Shown: in pieces, positions 46,551 through 56,670 of the stretch
How positions within the stretch are numbered: the first letter of the stretch is position 1
How the letters are laid out: every line of letters begins with the position of its first letter
Virus record (IMG/VR): IMGVR_UViG_3300031569_001508
Span: 1 to 64,000 of that record
Strand: one strand, 5' to 3'
DNA from: a virus
Length of the DNA stretch: 64,000 nucleotides
Made by a program: the position numbers and the translations under genes
Notes under the pieces: model-generated
The model's database searches: none
Seen by the model: the letters and a program-made list of their open reading frames with translations, nothing else
Told to the model about the DNA's origin: nothing

Positions 46551-48168
46551 AATTATAGAATTTGGCCCTGAAGGGAGAAAAAAATTAGTAAAAGGAATTG
46601 ATACGTTAGCTGATGCCGTAGTATCAACATTAGGACCTAATGGTAGAAATGTGGTAATTGAAAAAGACCATCAACAGGTTCAATCTACTAAGGATGGTGT
46701 AACAGTTGCAAGACATATATCATTAAAAGATCCTGTAGAAAATTTAGGAGTGAATTTAGTTAGAGAAGCTTCTATTAAAACAGCAGATAAAGCTGGTGAT
46801 GGAACTACTACCTCAACTTTACTTGCTAGAGAAATGATTAGAGAAGGATTACAACATTTAACAAATGGAGCTAATGCTGTAGATATTAAAAGAGGAATTG
46901 ATAAAGCAGTAAAAGATGTTATCACATCATTAAGAAAAAATATTTCTGAAGATATATCTGAAGAAGGACAATTAGAACAAGTTGCAACTATATCAGCAAA
47001 TAACGACCCTGAAGTAGGAAAATTAATTGCTACAGCAATTGATAAAGTAGGACATGAAGGAGTAGTACATATTGAAGAAAGCAAATCAGGAGAAACATAT
47101 CTTGAAACAGTTGAAGGTATGCAGTTTGAAAGAGGTTATAAATCTCATTATTTTGTTACTAATAACAATACTATGACTTCTATTTTAGAAGATGTTCAAA
47201 TTCTTATTGTAGATGAAAAATTAACAACAGTTAAAGCATTACTTCCAATTTTAGAAAGTGTAGCATCTCAAAACAAATCTTTACTAATTATTGCAGAAGA
47301 TATTGATAATGAAGCATTAGCTACTTTAATAGTAAATAAAGGAAGAGGTACTATTAAAACTTGTGCTGTAAAAGCCCCAGATTTTGGTGATAGGAGAAAA
47401 TTAATTTTAGAAGATATAGCTACATTAACAGGTGGAACGGTTTTTTCTAAAGAAAAGGGACATAAATGGGATAAATTCCAACACAGTTGGTTCGGAGAAG
47501 CTCGAACAGTAACTATTACTAAAGATAAAACTACTATTATTGATGGAAAGGGAAATGAAGAAGCTGTTAACAGCAGAGTTGACAATTTAACTAACCAGAT
47601 TGATAGTGCTGAAAGTGATTTTGAAAAAGAACAATTACAAAATAGATTAGCTAGATTATGTGGAGGTATTTCAATAATTCATGTTGGGGGTTTTACAGAA
47701 ACTGAAATGAATGAGAAAAAAGATAGAGTTGATGATGCTTTAAATGCCACTAAAGCAGCAATTGAAGAAGGAATAGTACCAGGTGGAGGAACAGCATTAC
47801 TGTATGCTAGAAATTCTATTATTAATGATAATATTGGAGCTGGAATTGTTTATAAAGCTTGTGGTAAACCTTTTGAACAAATACTTATAAATGCTGGTTA
47901 TGAATCCGTAGAGGCTCAAATGTTAGGTAAGTACCAACTAGTTGAAAGTGGGGATAATACATGGACTGGATATAATATTAAAACTGATAAAGTTGTTGAT
48001 ATGAAAAAAGCTGGTATTATTGACCCTACAAAAGTAACAAGGGTTGCTATTGAAAATGCAGCAGCCGTAGCAGGTACTGTATTATTAACAGAATGTATAG
48101 TAGTAAATGAACCCAAAGAAGAAGAGAAACAACAACAAATAGATCCATCACAAATGATGGGAATGTAA
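46543..48168 (+). CDS. groEL: Chaperonin GroEL
   Basis: TLGPNGRNV, TKDGVTVA, AGDGTTT, KAPDFGDRRK, GIVPGGG, GIIDPTKV. Confidence 0.97.
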   Translation: MSKIIEFGPEGRKKLVKGIDTLADAVVSTLGPNGRNVVIEKDHQQVQSTKDGVTVARHISLKDPVENLGVNLVREASIKTADKAGDGTTTSTLLAREMIREGLQHLTNGANAVDIKRGIDKAVKDVITSLRKNISEDISEEGQLEQVATISANNDPEVGKLIATAIDKVGHEGVVHIEESKSGETYLETVEGMQFERGYKSHYFVTNNNTMTSILEDVQILIVDEKLTTVKALLPILESVASQNKSLLIIAEDIDNEALATLIVNKGRGTIKTCAVKAPDFGDRRKLILEDIATLTGGTVFSKEKGHKWDKFQHSWFGEARTVTITKDKTTIIDGKGNEEAVNSRVDNLTNQIDSAESDFEKEQLQNRLARLCGGISIIHVGGFTETEMNEKKDRVDDALNATKAAIEEGIVPGGGTALLYARNSIINDNIGAGIVYKACGKPFEQILINAGYESVEAQMLGKYQLVESGDNTWTGYNIKTDKVVDMKKAGIIDPTKVTRVAIENAAAVAGTVLLTECIVVNEPKEEEKQQQIDPSQMMGM

Positions 48169-48169
48169 A

Positions 48170-48442
48170 ATGGAAACAGTAATAAACGAACATAATGAAT
48201 TAATAGCAACAAGAGTACCACCTGGGGACAGGTGGCAACTTGTTGGTGATGTTAAAAAACAAGTATGGCCTACTTTAACGGATGTTTTAGAAGCATATTT
48301 AAACAAAACAGGTTTTAAAGGAGAATATAGATTAGATCCTTTAAGCAGTAAGTTGTATGCTATACAAACAACTGAGGAACAAGTACAGCCTCAAGAAGAA
48401 AAACTATTTTCTTTATATGGAGAGTTTAGACAAGGTATTTAA
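48170..48442 (+). CDS. Hypothetical protein
   Basis: 90 aa, IATRVPPGDRW. Confidence 0.7.
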   Translation: METVINEHNELIATRVPPGDRWQLVGDVKKQVWPTLTDVLEAYLNKTGFKGEYRLDPLSSKLYAIQTTEEQVQPQEEKLFSLYGEFRQGI

Positions 48443-48444
48443 AG

Positions 48445-48473
48445 TTGGTAGTTTAATTATATTTTCGTATATT
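48445..48473 (+). promoter_or_regulatory. Early promoter TTGG-N18-GTATATT
   Basis: Upstream of the clamp loader. Confidence 0.8.
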
Positions 48474-48489
48474 ATATAAAATAAAAGTT

Positions 48490-49401
48490 ATGAATAAAAA
48501 ACATTCACTATGGGTTGAAAAGTATAGACCCACTACATTAAAAAATTATGTTGGAAATGAAAGTATTAAAAAATCAATATCAAATTATATTGAACAAAAT
48601 GATATTCAAAATTTAATATTTTATGGCCCAGCAGGAACAGGAAAAACAACATTAGCTAAACTTATTGTTAAAAATATTGATTGTGACTATCTTTACATAA
48701 ATGCTAGTGATGAGAGGGGGATTGAAACAATTAGAGATAAAGTATCAGGATTTGCAAGTACAATGTCTTTTAAACCCCTTAAAGTAATTATTTTAGATGA
48801 AGCTGATTTTCTTACAATTCAAGCACAAGCATCTTTAAGAAATATAATAGAAACATTTTCACGTACTACTAGATTTATATTAACTTGTAATTATATTGAA
48901 CGTGTAATTGATCCCCTACAATCTAGGTGTCAAACTTTAAAAGTAATTCCTCCATCAAAGCAAGATATTGTTTACCATATTATAGATATTCTTACTGCAG
49001 AAAATTTAGGAATGGGGGCTGATGAATTAAAATTAGTTATTAACCAACATTACCCAGATATTCGTAAAGTACTTAATACTCTACAGGTTTCTAATGTAGA
49101 AGATGATACTATTATTATAGATAAAACAACATTAGTATCATCAAGTTATATGAGAAAAGTATTAAAGGAATTATCTGATGATAAACCAAGATTTAATGAT
49201 ATTAGACAAATAATTGCGGATGCAAATGTTCAAGATTTTGAAGAATTATATAGATATCTTTATGATCATGCCCATATATTTGCTTTAGGTAAAGAAGGTA
49301 CAGTAGCCTATTATATAAATGAGTACACATACCAGTCCAATTTTAGAATTGATAAAGAAATAAACTGTATGGCATTAATAAGTCAACTTATTAAACTATA
49401 A
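48490..49401 (+). CDS. Clamp loader AAA+ subunit (gp44/RFC-like)
   Basis: WVEKYRP, GPAGTGKT, NASDERG, ILDEAD, LQSRC. Confidence 0.95.
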   Translation: MNKKHSLWVEKYRPTTLKNYVGNESIKKSISNYIEQNDIQNLIFYGPAGTGKTTLAKLIVKNIDCDYLYINASDERGIETIRDKVSGFASTMSFKPLKVIILDEADFLTIQAQASLRNIIETFSRTTRFILTCNYIERVIDPLQSRCQTLKVIPPSKQDIVYHIIDILTAENLGMGADELKLVINQHYPDIRKVLNTLQVSNVEDDTIIIDKTTLVSSSYMRKVLKELSDDKPRFNDIRQIIADANVQDFEELYRYLYDHAHIFALGKEGTVAYYINEYTYQSNFRIDKEINCMALISQLIKL

Positions 49402-49439
49402 AAATAATAATAAATAAACAATTAATAAAAAAAAACAAA

Positions 49440-49682
49440 ATGAGCGAACAAGTACAACAACCCCAAATAGATCTAAAAAGTACTACTGGATTTGAAGATG
49501 AAAATGGAAATAAAATTTTTCAACAAGGATATATTCTTAGAAAAGTCTCTAAATTTATATCTGGAGGTAATGAAGATGCTATAATGCCTATTCCTGTATT
49601 TTATGAACCAAAGACAGGAAAAATAGTAGAATCAACACTCCACCCAGATTTAAAAGAAGAATTTAAGAATGACTGTATTTAA
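49440..49682 (+). CDS. Hypothetical protein
   Basis: 80 aa between the clamp-loader genes. Confidence 0.7.
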   Translation: MSEQVQQPQIDLKSTTGFEDENGNKIFQQGYILRKVSKFISGGNEDAIMPIPVFYEPKTGKIVESTLHPDLKEEFKNDCI

Positions 49683-50085
49683 TTGGTTAAACGAAGTTAC
49701 TGTTAAAAAAACCCCAACCACTCAATTTTCTCAAGAAGATTGGGATGGTTGGAATTCTTATATGGTCCATAGATTTTTATCTATGAATAAATCATATATT
49801 GATGTGGTTAATGTAGCACAAAAATTTCACCCAACTGATAAAAAAGGAATTTATAACTTTTATAAAGAAACTCTTCCAAGTAAAAAAATTTGGAACAAAT
49901 ATATAAAAAACCAAAATAAAAAAGATACTAAAGAGCTATCTAAAATAATAGCTCATTATTTTGAATTAGGGATTCATGAATCAAATTCGTATATTCCCAT
50001 ATTAGGGAAAGATAACATAATTGATATACTTAATTCTATAGGACTAGAAAAAAAAGAAATTAAAAAACTTATAAAAACAATATGA
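49669..50085 (+). CDS. Clamp loader small subunit (gp62-like)
   Basis: YMVHRFLSM...K.WNKYIK...IAHYFE; near the gp44-like gene. Confidence 0.7.
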   Translation: MTVFNWLNEVTVKKTPTTQFSQEDWDGWNSYMVHRFLSMNKSYIDVVNVAQKFHPTDKKGIYNFYKETLPSKKIWNKYIKNQNKKDTKELSKIIAHYFELGIHESNSYIPILGKDNIIDILNSIGLEKKEIKKLIKTI

Positions 50086-50312
50086 TATTACAAGTATACA
50101 ACATGTTAAAATCATCAGCTGAAGCTGATAAAAATAAAGCATTACTCAGTTTAGAATTATTAACTAAACATGCAGCAGGTATTGGTGACCATTCTACTGG
50201 GGATTTTTATAAAAATGCTGAAGAAGCACTTATAATGTTAGTAGATGCTGATGATAGATTAGCTACATTAGATAAATATTTTTCACAACCAAAAGAAGTA
50301 ATTAATGAGTGA
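50082..50312 (+). CDS. Hypothetical protein
   Basis: 76 aa, AGIGDHS motif. Confidence 0.7.
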   Translation: MILQVYNMLKSSAEADKNKALLSLELLTKHAAGIGDHSTGDFYKNAEEALIMLVDADDRLATLDKYFSQPKEVINE

Positions 50313-50727
50313 TATAATTAAAAAATACGAAGAAATGAGTAGTGAAGAGATAATAGATTATAAAACTCAAAATACAACACCTGATTTAAATTCAACACCT
50401 GTAGAAATATTCGAACATGAATATCCAGAATTATCAAAGGAATTTAAACAAATACAAAAAGAAATGTATAAAATGTTTGCTGCTAAGCATATGGATTATG
50501 GATTACAAAATATTTCGTTAGGTGGGGATTTGACTAATGCAAATGATAAAAAGTTTTCATTAACAGGTCTTGCAATTAGACTAACTGATAAAATATCAAG
50601 ATTAAGAAATTTACTTACTAATGGTAGAAGTTTTGTTAAAGGTGAAGGAATGGAAGATACGTTTATTGATATTGCTAATTATGGAATAATTGGTATGTTA
50701 GTGGGACGTAACAAATGGAAAAAATAA
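50305..50727 (+). CDS. Nucleotide-modification-associated domain 1 (DUF1599-like, all-alpha NTP-PPase fold)
   Basis: KHMDYG, IRLTDKISRL, EDTFIDIANYGII. Confidence 0.8.
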   Translation: MSDIIKKYEEMSSEEIIDYKTQNTTPDLNSTPVEIFEHEYPELSKEFKQIQKEMYKMFAAKHMDYGLQNISLGGDLTNANDKKFSLTGLAIRLTDKISRLRNLLTNGRSFVKGEGMEDTFIDIANYGIIGMLVGRNKWKK

Positions 50728-51686
50728 TTTTGGGAAAGAAAAAATTACCAATTATAGTAAGGGAAATAAGAGAAAACCCTCCAACTCCCCTAAATTTTGC
50801 AGTTGAAAAAAACATTTCTTATTCTCAACTATCAATGTTCACTCAGTGTCCTAAAAAATGGGCCCTTCAATATAGAGATGGTCATAAAATCAGCGAACAA
50901 AGCATTCATATGACTTTTGGAACAGCTTTACATGAAGTTTTACAACATTATTTAGATGTAATGTATGAAACAAGTGGAGCTGAAGCAGATAGAATTGATA
51001 TTGAAGAGTTATTTGAAGATACCTTAAGAGAATGTTATGCTAATGATTATAAAAAAAATAAAGGTAAACATTTTAGCTCGCCAGAAGAATTAAGAGAGTT
51101 TTTTGAAGATGGTAAATCTATTTTAGATAATTTTAAAAAAAATAAAGGTGGACATTTTAATAAAAAAGGATGGTATTTAGTAGGTTGTGAAATACCATTA
51201 GTTATCGCGCCTAATATGCGCCTTAACCGCGTAAAATACATGGGTTACTTAGATATCGTAATGTACCATGAACCAACAAATACATTTAAGATAATCGATA
51301 TAAAAACGTCAACTAAAGGATGGGGTTCGTATGCTAAAAAAGATGAGTCTAAACAATTTCAACTAGTACTTTACAAATATTTCTTCAGTAAGCAATATAA
51401 CATACCAATTGAAAACATTGACATTGAATTTTTTATTGTTAGACGTAAAGTATATTTAGATGGTGAATATCCTCAAAAGAGAATCCAAACATTCACCCCA
51501 GCTTCTGGAAAAAATAAAGTTAATAAAGCTACTAGAAATTTAGATGAATTTATAAATAGAGCATTTAACTTGGATGGGTCATATAAAGATACTATATTTG
51601 AGGCAAATCCAAGTAGATGGAATTGTAATTTTTGTCCTTATAAAACAAAAAAGGAATTATGTAATGCAGTTGGTAAATCTTTATAA
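50715..51686 (+). CDS. PD-(D/E)xK exonuclease (Cas4/RecB-like)
   Basis: SYSQL...CP, FGTALHE, GYLD...IIDIKT, QLVLY, CNFCPY...C. Confidence 0.85.
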   Translation: MEKIILGKKKLPIIVREIRENPPTPLNFAVEKNISYSQLSMFTQCPKKWALQYRDGHKISEQSIHMTFGTALHEVLQHYLDVMYETSGAEADRIDIEELFEDTLRECYANDYKKNKGKHFSSPEELREFFEDGKSILDNFKKNKGGHFNKKGWYLVGCEIPLVIAPNMRLNRVKYMGYLDIVMYHEPTNTFKIIDIKTSTKGWGSYAKKDESKQFQLVLYKYFFSKQYNIPIENIDIEFFIVRRKVYLDGEYPQKRIQTFTPASGKNKVNKATRNLDEFINRAFNLDGSYKDTIFEANPSRWNCNFCPYKTKKELCNAVGKSL

Positions 51687-51730
51687 TCTGCATATATGTA
51701 TAGACAAATATAACAATAAAAACAAATATT

Positions 51731-51916
51731 ATGGCACAAAAAGAAATGACACTAACTAGTGTAAAAGTAAAAAGTAATTTATTTGATGATTTTAAAATCG
51801 AATGTGTAAAAAGAAAATTTAGTTTTCAAAAATTAGCAGATAGATCTTTATTTTTATACTTAACAGACGAAGATTTTAGGAAAAAAATTAACTCACAGGT
51901 AAATTTAGAAAAATAA
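51731..51916 (+). CDS. Small ribbon-helix-helix-like DNA-binding protein
   Basis: LTSVKV strand followed by two helices; heads the glycosylation cluster. Confidence 0.5.
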   Translation: MAQKEMTLTSVKVKSNLFDDFKIECVKRKFSFQKLADRSLFLYLTDEDFRKKINSQVNLEK

Positions 51917-51942
51917 CAAAAAATAACAAAAAAGTTTTATAA

Positions 51943-53373
51943 ATGAGAGAAGGTTACATTAAAAAAGAAGATAGAAAAAAAATTCTACTTTTAACAGATG
52001 ATATTAGAGTCCATTCAGGAGTAGCTCAAATAGGAAGGGAAACAGTAGAACATACAGCTCATAGATATAATTGGGTTCAAATAGCTGGGGCAATTCAACA
52101 TCCTGAAAAAGGAAAAATACAAGATTTAAGTGAATCTATAAATAAACGAATGGATTTAAATGATTCATCAGTTTTACTATATCCTTGTGATGGTTATGGA
52201 GATGAAAAATTAGTAAGAATGATTATCAAAAGAGAAAAACCAGATATTATCTTATTAATTACAGATCCACGTTATTTTGAATGGTTATTTCAAATAGAAA
52301 ATGAAATTAGAAGTCAAATTCCTATTACATATTTAAATATTTGGGATGACTTACCAGCTCCCATGTATAATAGAGAATTTTATGATTCATGTGATGCTTT
52401 GTTTGGTATTTCTAAACAAACAAAAAATATTAATGAAATGGTTTTAGGTGAATTATCTAAAAACAAAGTAATGAAATTTATCCCTCATGGATTAAATGAA
52501 AAAAACTTTTTTCCTTTAAAATCTACCGATCCTAAATTAAAAGAACTATCAACACATCTTCAAAAAGATAAGGATATTAAATTTTCATTATTATTTAATT
52601 CTAGAAATATTAGAAGAAAATGTATTCCTGATACTATAATGGCTTGGAAGTTATTTTTAGATAATCTTACTACAGAAGAAAGAAATCAATGTCAAATGGT
52701 AATGCACACCCAACCAATTGACCAAAATGGAACGGATCTACCAGCAGTAATTAACTTTTTATTCCCCGAAAATGATCATAATATTGTAATGTCTCACCAA
52801 AAATTTACAACAGATCAAATGAATTTATTATATAATAATGCTGATGGTGTTATATTATTATCATCTGCAGAAGGATGGGGGTTATCATTGACAGAAGCAC
52901 TATTAACTGGTACTCCATTTATAGCAAACGTAACAGGTGGTATGCAAGATCAAATGAGATTCGTAGATGAAAGTGGTAAGTGGTATACTCCAAACCCAGA
53001 TGTCCCATCAAACCATAGAAAAACATACACAAAATGTGGTGAATGGGCTCTACCAGTCTTTCCAACTAATCTATCATTAGTAGGATCTCCAAAAACACCA
53101 TACATTTATGATGACAGATGTTCATTTGAAGATGCTGCTGAGCAAATAATGAAGTTGTATAAAATGGGAGATAAAAAAAGAAAATCAATTGGTGAAAAAG
53201 GAAGAAAATGGGCTTTAAGTAAAGAGGCTGGATTTACATCTGAAATTATGGCTGAAAGAATAACAGAGGGTTTTGAAGAGACATTAAAAAACTTTAAACC
53301 AAAATCTAAATTTACATTTTCTAGCGACACTGATAGTAATAAAAAAGTTTTAAATCACAAATTAATATATTAA
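51943..53373 (+). CDS. Glycosyltransferase (GT-B, GT4-like)
   Basis: IPHG, NSRNIRRK, SSAEGWGLSLTEA, NVTGGMQDQ. Confidence 0.88.
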   Translation: MREGYIKKEDRKKILLLTDDIRVHSGVAQIGRETVEHTAHRYNWVQIAGAIQHPEKGKIQDLSESINKRMDLNDSSVLLYPCDGYGDEKLVRMIIKREKPDIILLITDPRYFEWLFQIENEIRSQIPITYLNIWDDLPAPMYNREFYDSCDALFGISKQTKNINEMVLGELSKNKVMKFIPHGLNEKNFFPLKSTDPKLKELSTHLQKDKDIKFSLLFNSRNIRRKCIPDTIMAWKLFLDNLTTEERNQCQMVMHTQPIDQNGTDLPAVINFLFPENDHNIVMSHQKFTTDQMNLLYNNADGVILLSSAEGWGLSLTEALLTGTPFIANVTGGMQDQMRFVDESGKWYTPNPDVPSNHRKTYTKCGEWALPVFPTNLSLVGSPKTPYIYDDRCSFEDAAEQIMKLYKMGDKKRKSIGEKGRKWALSKEAGFTSEIMAERITEGFEETLKNFKPKSKFTFSSDTDSNKKVLNHKLIY

Positions 53374-53374
53374 T

Positions 53375-54652
53375 ATGAAAAATACATTTGTAATTAGTTG
53401 TCCAATAGATACTTATAGTGGTTATGGAGCAAGATCTAGAGATTTTGTAAAAGCATTAATAGAGTTGGACGAATATGAAGTACAAATATTACCTCAAAGG
53501 TGGGGAAGTTGTGCTGAGGGTTTTATAGAAGATAATAAAGAATGGGAGTTTTTAAATAAACATCTAATTCCACAACTAATGGCAAAACCTGATTATTGGT
53601 GCCAGATAACTGTCCCAAATGAGTTTCAACCTGTAGGGAAATATAATATTGGTTTAACAGCTGGTATGGAAACTACTATAGTTGATGGAAGTTGGATTGA
53701 GGGTTGTAATAGAATGGATTTAATTTTAACCTCGTCAACACATTCAAAAAATGTTTTTAAAAATTCAACTTTTTATAGAAATGGAGATGAAAAAGATTTA
53801 ATAGAATTATCTAAACCAATTGAGGTATTAATTGAGGGTTTAAATTTAGATGTTTATAAACCCATTAAAAAGTTTAAAAATAAAGAATTATACAATCACC
53901 TAGATTCTATCCCAGAGAAATTTGCTTACATATCAGTAGGACATTGGATGCAGGGTGAAATGGGTGAAGATAGAAAAAATATAGGATTAACCGTTAAGGC
54001 TTTTTATGAATTATTTAAAAATAAAAAACATTCACCAGCTTTAATTTTAAAATGCTGTATAGTAAATGGCAGTATTATGGATAGGTCAGAAATACTTAGA
54101 AGAATTAAAATTATAAGAGATTCAATTACTGACGCTAAGATATTACCTAAAATCTATCTCTTACATGGTAATTTTACAGATCCTGAAATGAATGAATTAT
54201 ACAACCATCCAAAAATAAAGGCAATGGTTAGTTTAACAAAAGGAGAAGGTTTTGGGAGGCCATTATTAGAATTTAGTGCGATTAATAAACCTATAATAGC
54301 AACAAATTGGTCGGGCCATGTTGATTTTTTAAAGAATGTAAGTTTTGTAGAAGGTAAGTTGAATAAAGTTCATCCATCAGCTGTTGTTAAAAATATGATT
54401 TTACCAGAAGCAGAGTGGTTTGCCCCAGAATTAGCAGATATAGGATACTCATTTAATAATGTTTGGGAAGCTTATGATGAGTGGTTAAAAGATGCAAAAC
54501 AGCAAGGTTTCCATTCACGAAAGAATTTTTCATATGATGTTATGAAAAAACAAATAAAAACCATTTTTTCTAAAAATTTAACAAAATTACCTAAAAAGAT
54601 GGATTTAAACATAGGTAAAATTGAAATGCCTAAAAAACTAAAAAAAGTATAA
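53375..54652 (+). CDS. Glycosyltransferase (GT-B, GT4-like)
   Basis: SGYG, DRKNIG, TKGEGFGRPLLEF, ATNWSGHVDF. Confidence 0.88.
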   Translation: MKNTFVISCPIDTYSGYGARSRDFVKALIELDEYEVQILPQRWGSCAEGFIEDNKEWEFLNKHLIPQLMAKPDYWCQITVPNEFQPVGKYNIGLTAGMETTIVDGSWIEGCNRMDLILTSSTHSKNVFKNSTFYRNGDEKDLIELSKPIEVLIEGLNLDVYKPIKKFKNKELYNHLDSIPEKFAYISVGHWMQGEMGEDRKNIGLTVKAFYELFKNKKHSPALILKCCIVNGSIMDRSEILRRIKIIRDSITDAKILPKIYLLHGNFTDPEMNELYNHPKIKAMVSLTKGEGFGRPLLEFSAINKPIIATNWSGHVDFLKNVSFVEGKLNKVHPSAVVKNMILPEAEWFAPELADIGYSFNNVWEAYDEWLKDAKQQGFHSRKNFSYDVMKKQIKTIFSKNLTKLPKKMDLNIGKIEMPKKLKKV

Positions 54653-54654
54653 TT

Positions 54655-55155
54655 ATGGGAGTAGAAACAGATAAATTAATTAAATGTAATAGATGTGAAG
54701 GTGATGCTTGTTACTATCAAGAAGTAAATAATATTAAATTATATTCATGTTATGGTTGTGGTTTTCAAACCTCATCAATAATGAAAAAAGATGAGAAATT
54801 TTTTGAAGAACAGATGGAAATACTTCCTGAATTATATAAAGCTTTACTAGGTGAAGACGATGAAGGATTAATTTGGATGCCCCAAACTGTAAACCTACCA
54901 CAAACTGGAATGGTATTCGCATCAGTAGCTAAAGAACATGGTATAGTAAATGAAACACCTTCTCAAGATAATTATGAATGGGCTGCCGTAAAAGCTATTA
55001 AAATAAAAGAAGAAGATAAAGAAAAATACCCCATCCCTAATAAAAAAGGTGAATTTTATGAATGGAGAATGGATATGACAACTGAAAAAAGATTTCCACA
55101 TAAGGATTTTGTAGAGGCTTTAGATTACATAGGAATTTTTGGAGAAGAAAAATAA
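54655..55155 (+). CDS. Zinc-ribbon hypothetical protein
   Basis: CNRC...CYGCG. Confidence 0.65.
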   Translation: MGVETDKLIKCNRCEGDACYYQEVNNIKLYSCYGCGFQTSSIMKKDEKFFEEQMEILPELYKALLGEDDEGLIWMPQTVNLPQTGMVFASVAKEHGIVNETPSQDNYEWAAVKAIKIKEEDKEKYPIPNKKGEFYEWRMDMTTEKRFPHKDFVEALDYIGIFGEEK

Positions 55156-55160
55156 ATTTA

Positions 55161-55784
55161 ATGAAAATAAGTTATGCAATTACAGTTTGTAATGAGTTTG
55201 TAGAAATACAAAAACTCATACCATTTCTTTTAGAACATAAAAGACATGAAGATGAAATCGTAGTTCTATACGATTCAAAAAATGGTTCTAAATCAATAGA
55301 ACAATTCCTAAGAGCAAAATCAATCAATGGTGAATTCAGTTGGCATAAAGGAGAGTTTAATGGACACTTTGCTAATTGGAAAAATAAACTTACGTCAATG
55401 TGTAGTGGAGATTGGATATTCCAAATTGATGCTGATGAAATACCTCATATAGACTTAATTACATTTCTTCCTGAAATCATTTTAAGTAATCCCAAAAATG
55501 AAGTAATTAGAGTTCCAAGAGTAAATACAGTTTATGGATTAACAGAAGAATATTCTAGAAAATGGAGATGGAATGTGAATGATAAAGGTTGGGTTAATTG
55601 GCCTGATTTTCAGTGGAGAATTTGGAAAAATCATCCAAGAATAGAATGGGTAAATAAGGTACATGAAGTATTAGAAGGTTACAATGTTTATGCTGATTTA
55701 AATCAAGAAGAACGTTTTGCTTTGTACCATCCAAAAGATATAGAAAGACAAATAAAGCAAAATAATTATTATGAAAGTTTATAG
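55161..55784 (+). CDS. Glycosyltransferase (GT-A, GT2-like)
   Basis: ISYAITVCNE, WIFQIDADE, WPDFQWR, VHE. Confidence 0.85.
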   Translation: MKISYAITVCNEFVEIQKLIPFLLEHKRHEDEIVVLYDSKNGSKSIEQFLRAKSINGEFSWHKGEFNGHFANWKNKLTSMCSGDWIFQIDADEIPHIDLITFLPEIILSNPKNEVIRVPRVNTVYGLTEEYSRKWRWNVNDKGWVNWPDFQWRIWKNHPRIEWVNKVHEVLEGYNVYADLNQEERFALYHPKDIERQIKQNNYYESL

Positions 55785-56670
55785 CAGTTTTTTACCTATT
55801 GAGAGGTATGAAAAGTTTATTTTAAGTAATAAAAGATTTGAAAAAATTCCAATTACTATATTTAATGATTATTTTACTAAAGATAATTGGAATGAGTTAA
55901 ATGAAAATAAAGTAAATATTCTTATCTTAAATGAGCCTGACCAATTATTTGGACATCATACTTATGCACAAAAACTATACACAAATTATGATTTAATTTT
56001 AACTTGGGGTCAAGATGTTATAGATAACTGCCCTAATGCTCATTTATTTATTCATGGTGAAACTAATTTAAGTAAAGATTATATAGATTCATTTTATTAC
56101 CATAAAAAAAGAAAATTTGAAGTAACTTTTTTAAGTGGTGTATTAGAATTAATTGAAGGTCATAAATTAAGACAAAAAATACTACATATAGAAAATAAAG
56201 TAAAAATACCTACTAAATTTTGGAGGGTATTAAGTGATTTCAATCATAAAACCGGGAATAGACCAGGTTATAGAGACCCGGGATGTGAAGTAATTACTTT
56301 AGATGGTTCACCAATTGAGGGAGAAGGTAAAAAAGAAATTTGGAATAGGAATTCTATGTTTCATGTAGCTGTAGAAAATTCTAAAAATTTAAATTATTAT
56401 ACAGATAAAATAGTAGATTGTTTTGCTACTAAATCTATTCCTATATATTGGGGTGCTCCTAATATAGGAGATTACTTTAATAAAGATGGAATAATTACTT
56501 TTGAAAATGAAAATGATCTAGTAGACATTTTAAATAATTTAACAGAAGAGGATTATAAAAATAGGTTGGAAGCTGTAGAAGAAAATTATATATTGGCTCT
56601 AGAAAATGGGTTCTTTTTTGAAAGATTAGAAAACGCTTTAGATCAAATAATAAAACAAAATAATTTATGA
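55771..56670 (+). CDS. GT10 (alpha-1,3-fucosyltransferase)-like glycosyltransferase
   Basis: FHVAVENSKNLNYYTDKIVDCFATKSIPIYWGAPN resembles the GT10 ENS...YxTEK...PIYxG motif. Confidence 0.72.
   Translation: MKVYSSFLPIERYEKFILSNKRFEKIPITIFNDYFTKDNWNELNENKVNILILNEPDQLFGHHTYAQKLYTNYDLILTWGQDVIDNCPNAHLFIHGETNLSKDYIDSFYYHKKRKFEVTFLSGVLELIEGHKLRQKILHIENKVKIPTKFWRVLSDFNHKTGNRPGYRDPGCEVITLDGSPIEGEGKKEIWNRNSMFHVAVENSKNLNYYTDKIVDCFATKSIPIYWGAPNIGDYFNKDGIITFENENDLVDILNNLTEEDYKNRLEAVEENYILALENGFFFERLENALDQIIKQNNL

Noticed and set aside
50715-51686. Cas4-like nuclease as evidence of CRISPR-Cas
   Set aside because: No array or other cas genes; stand-alone PD-(D/E)xK nucleases are common in phages.
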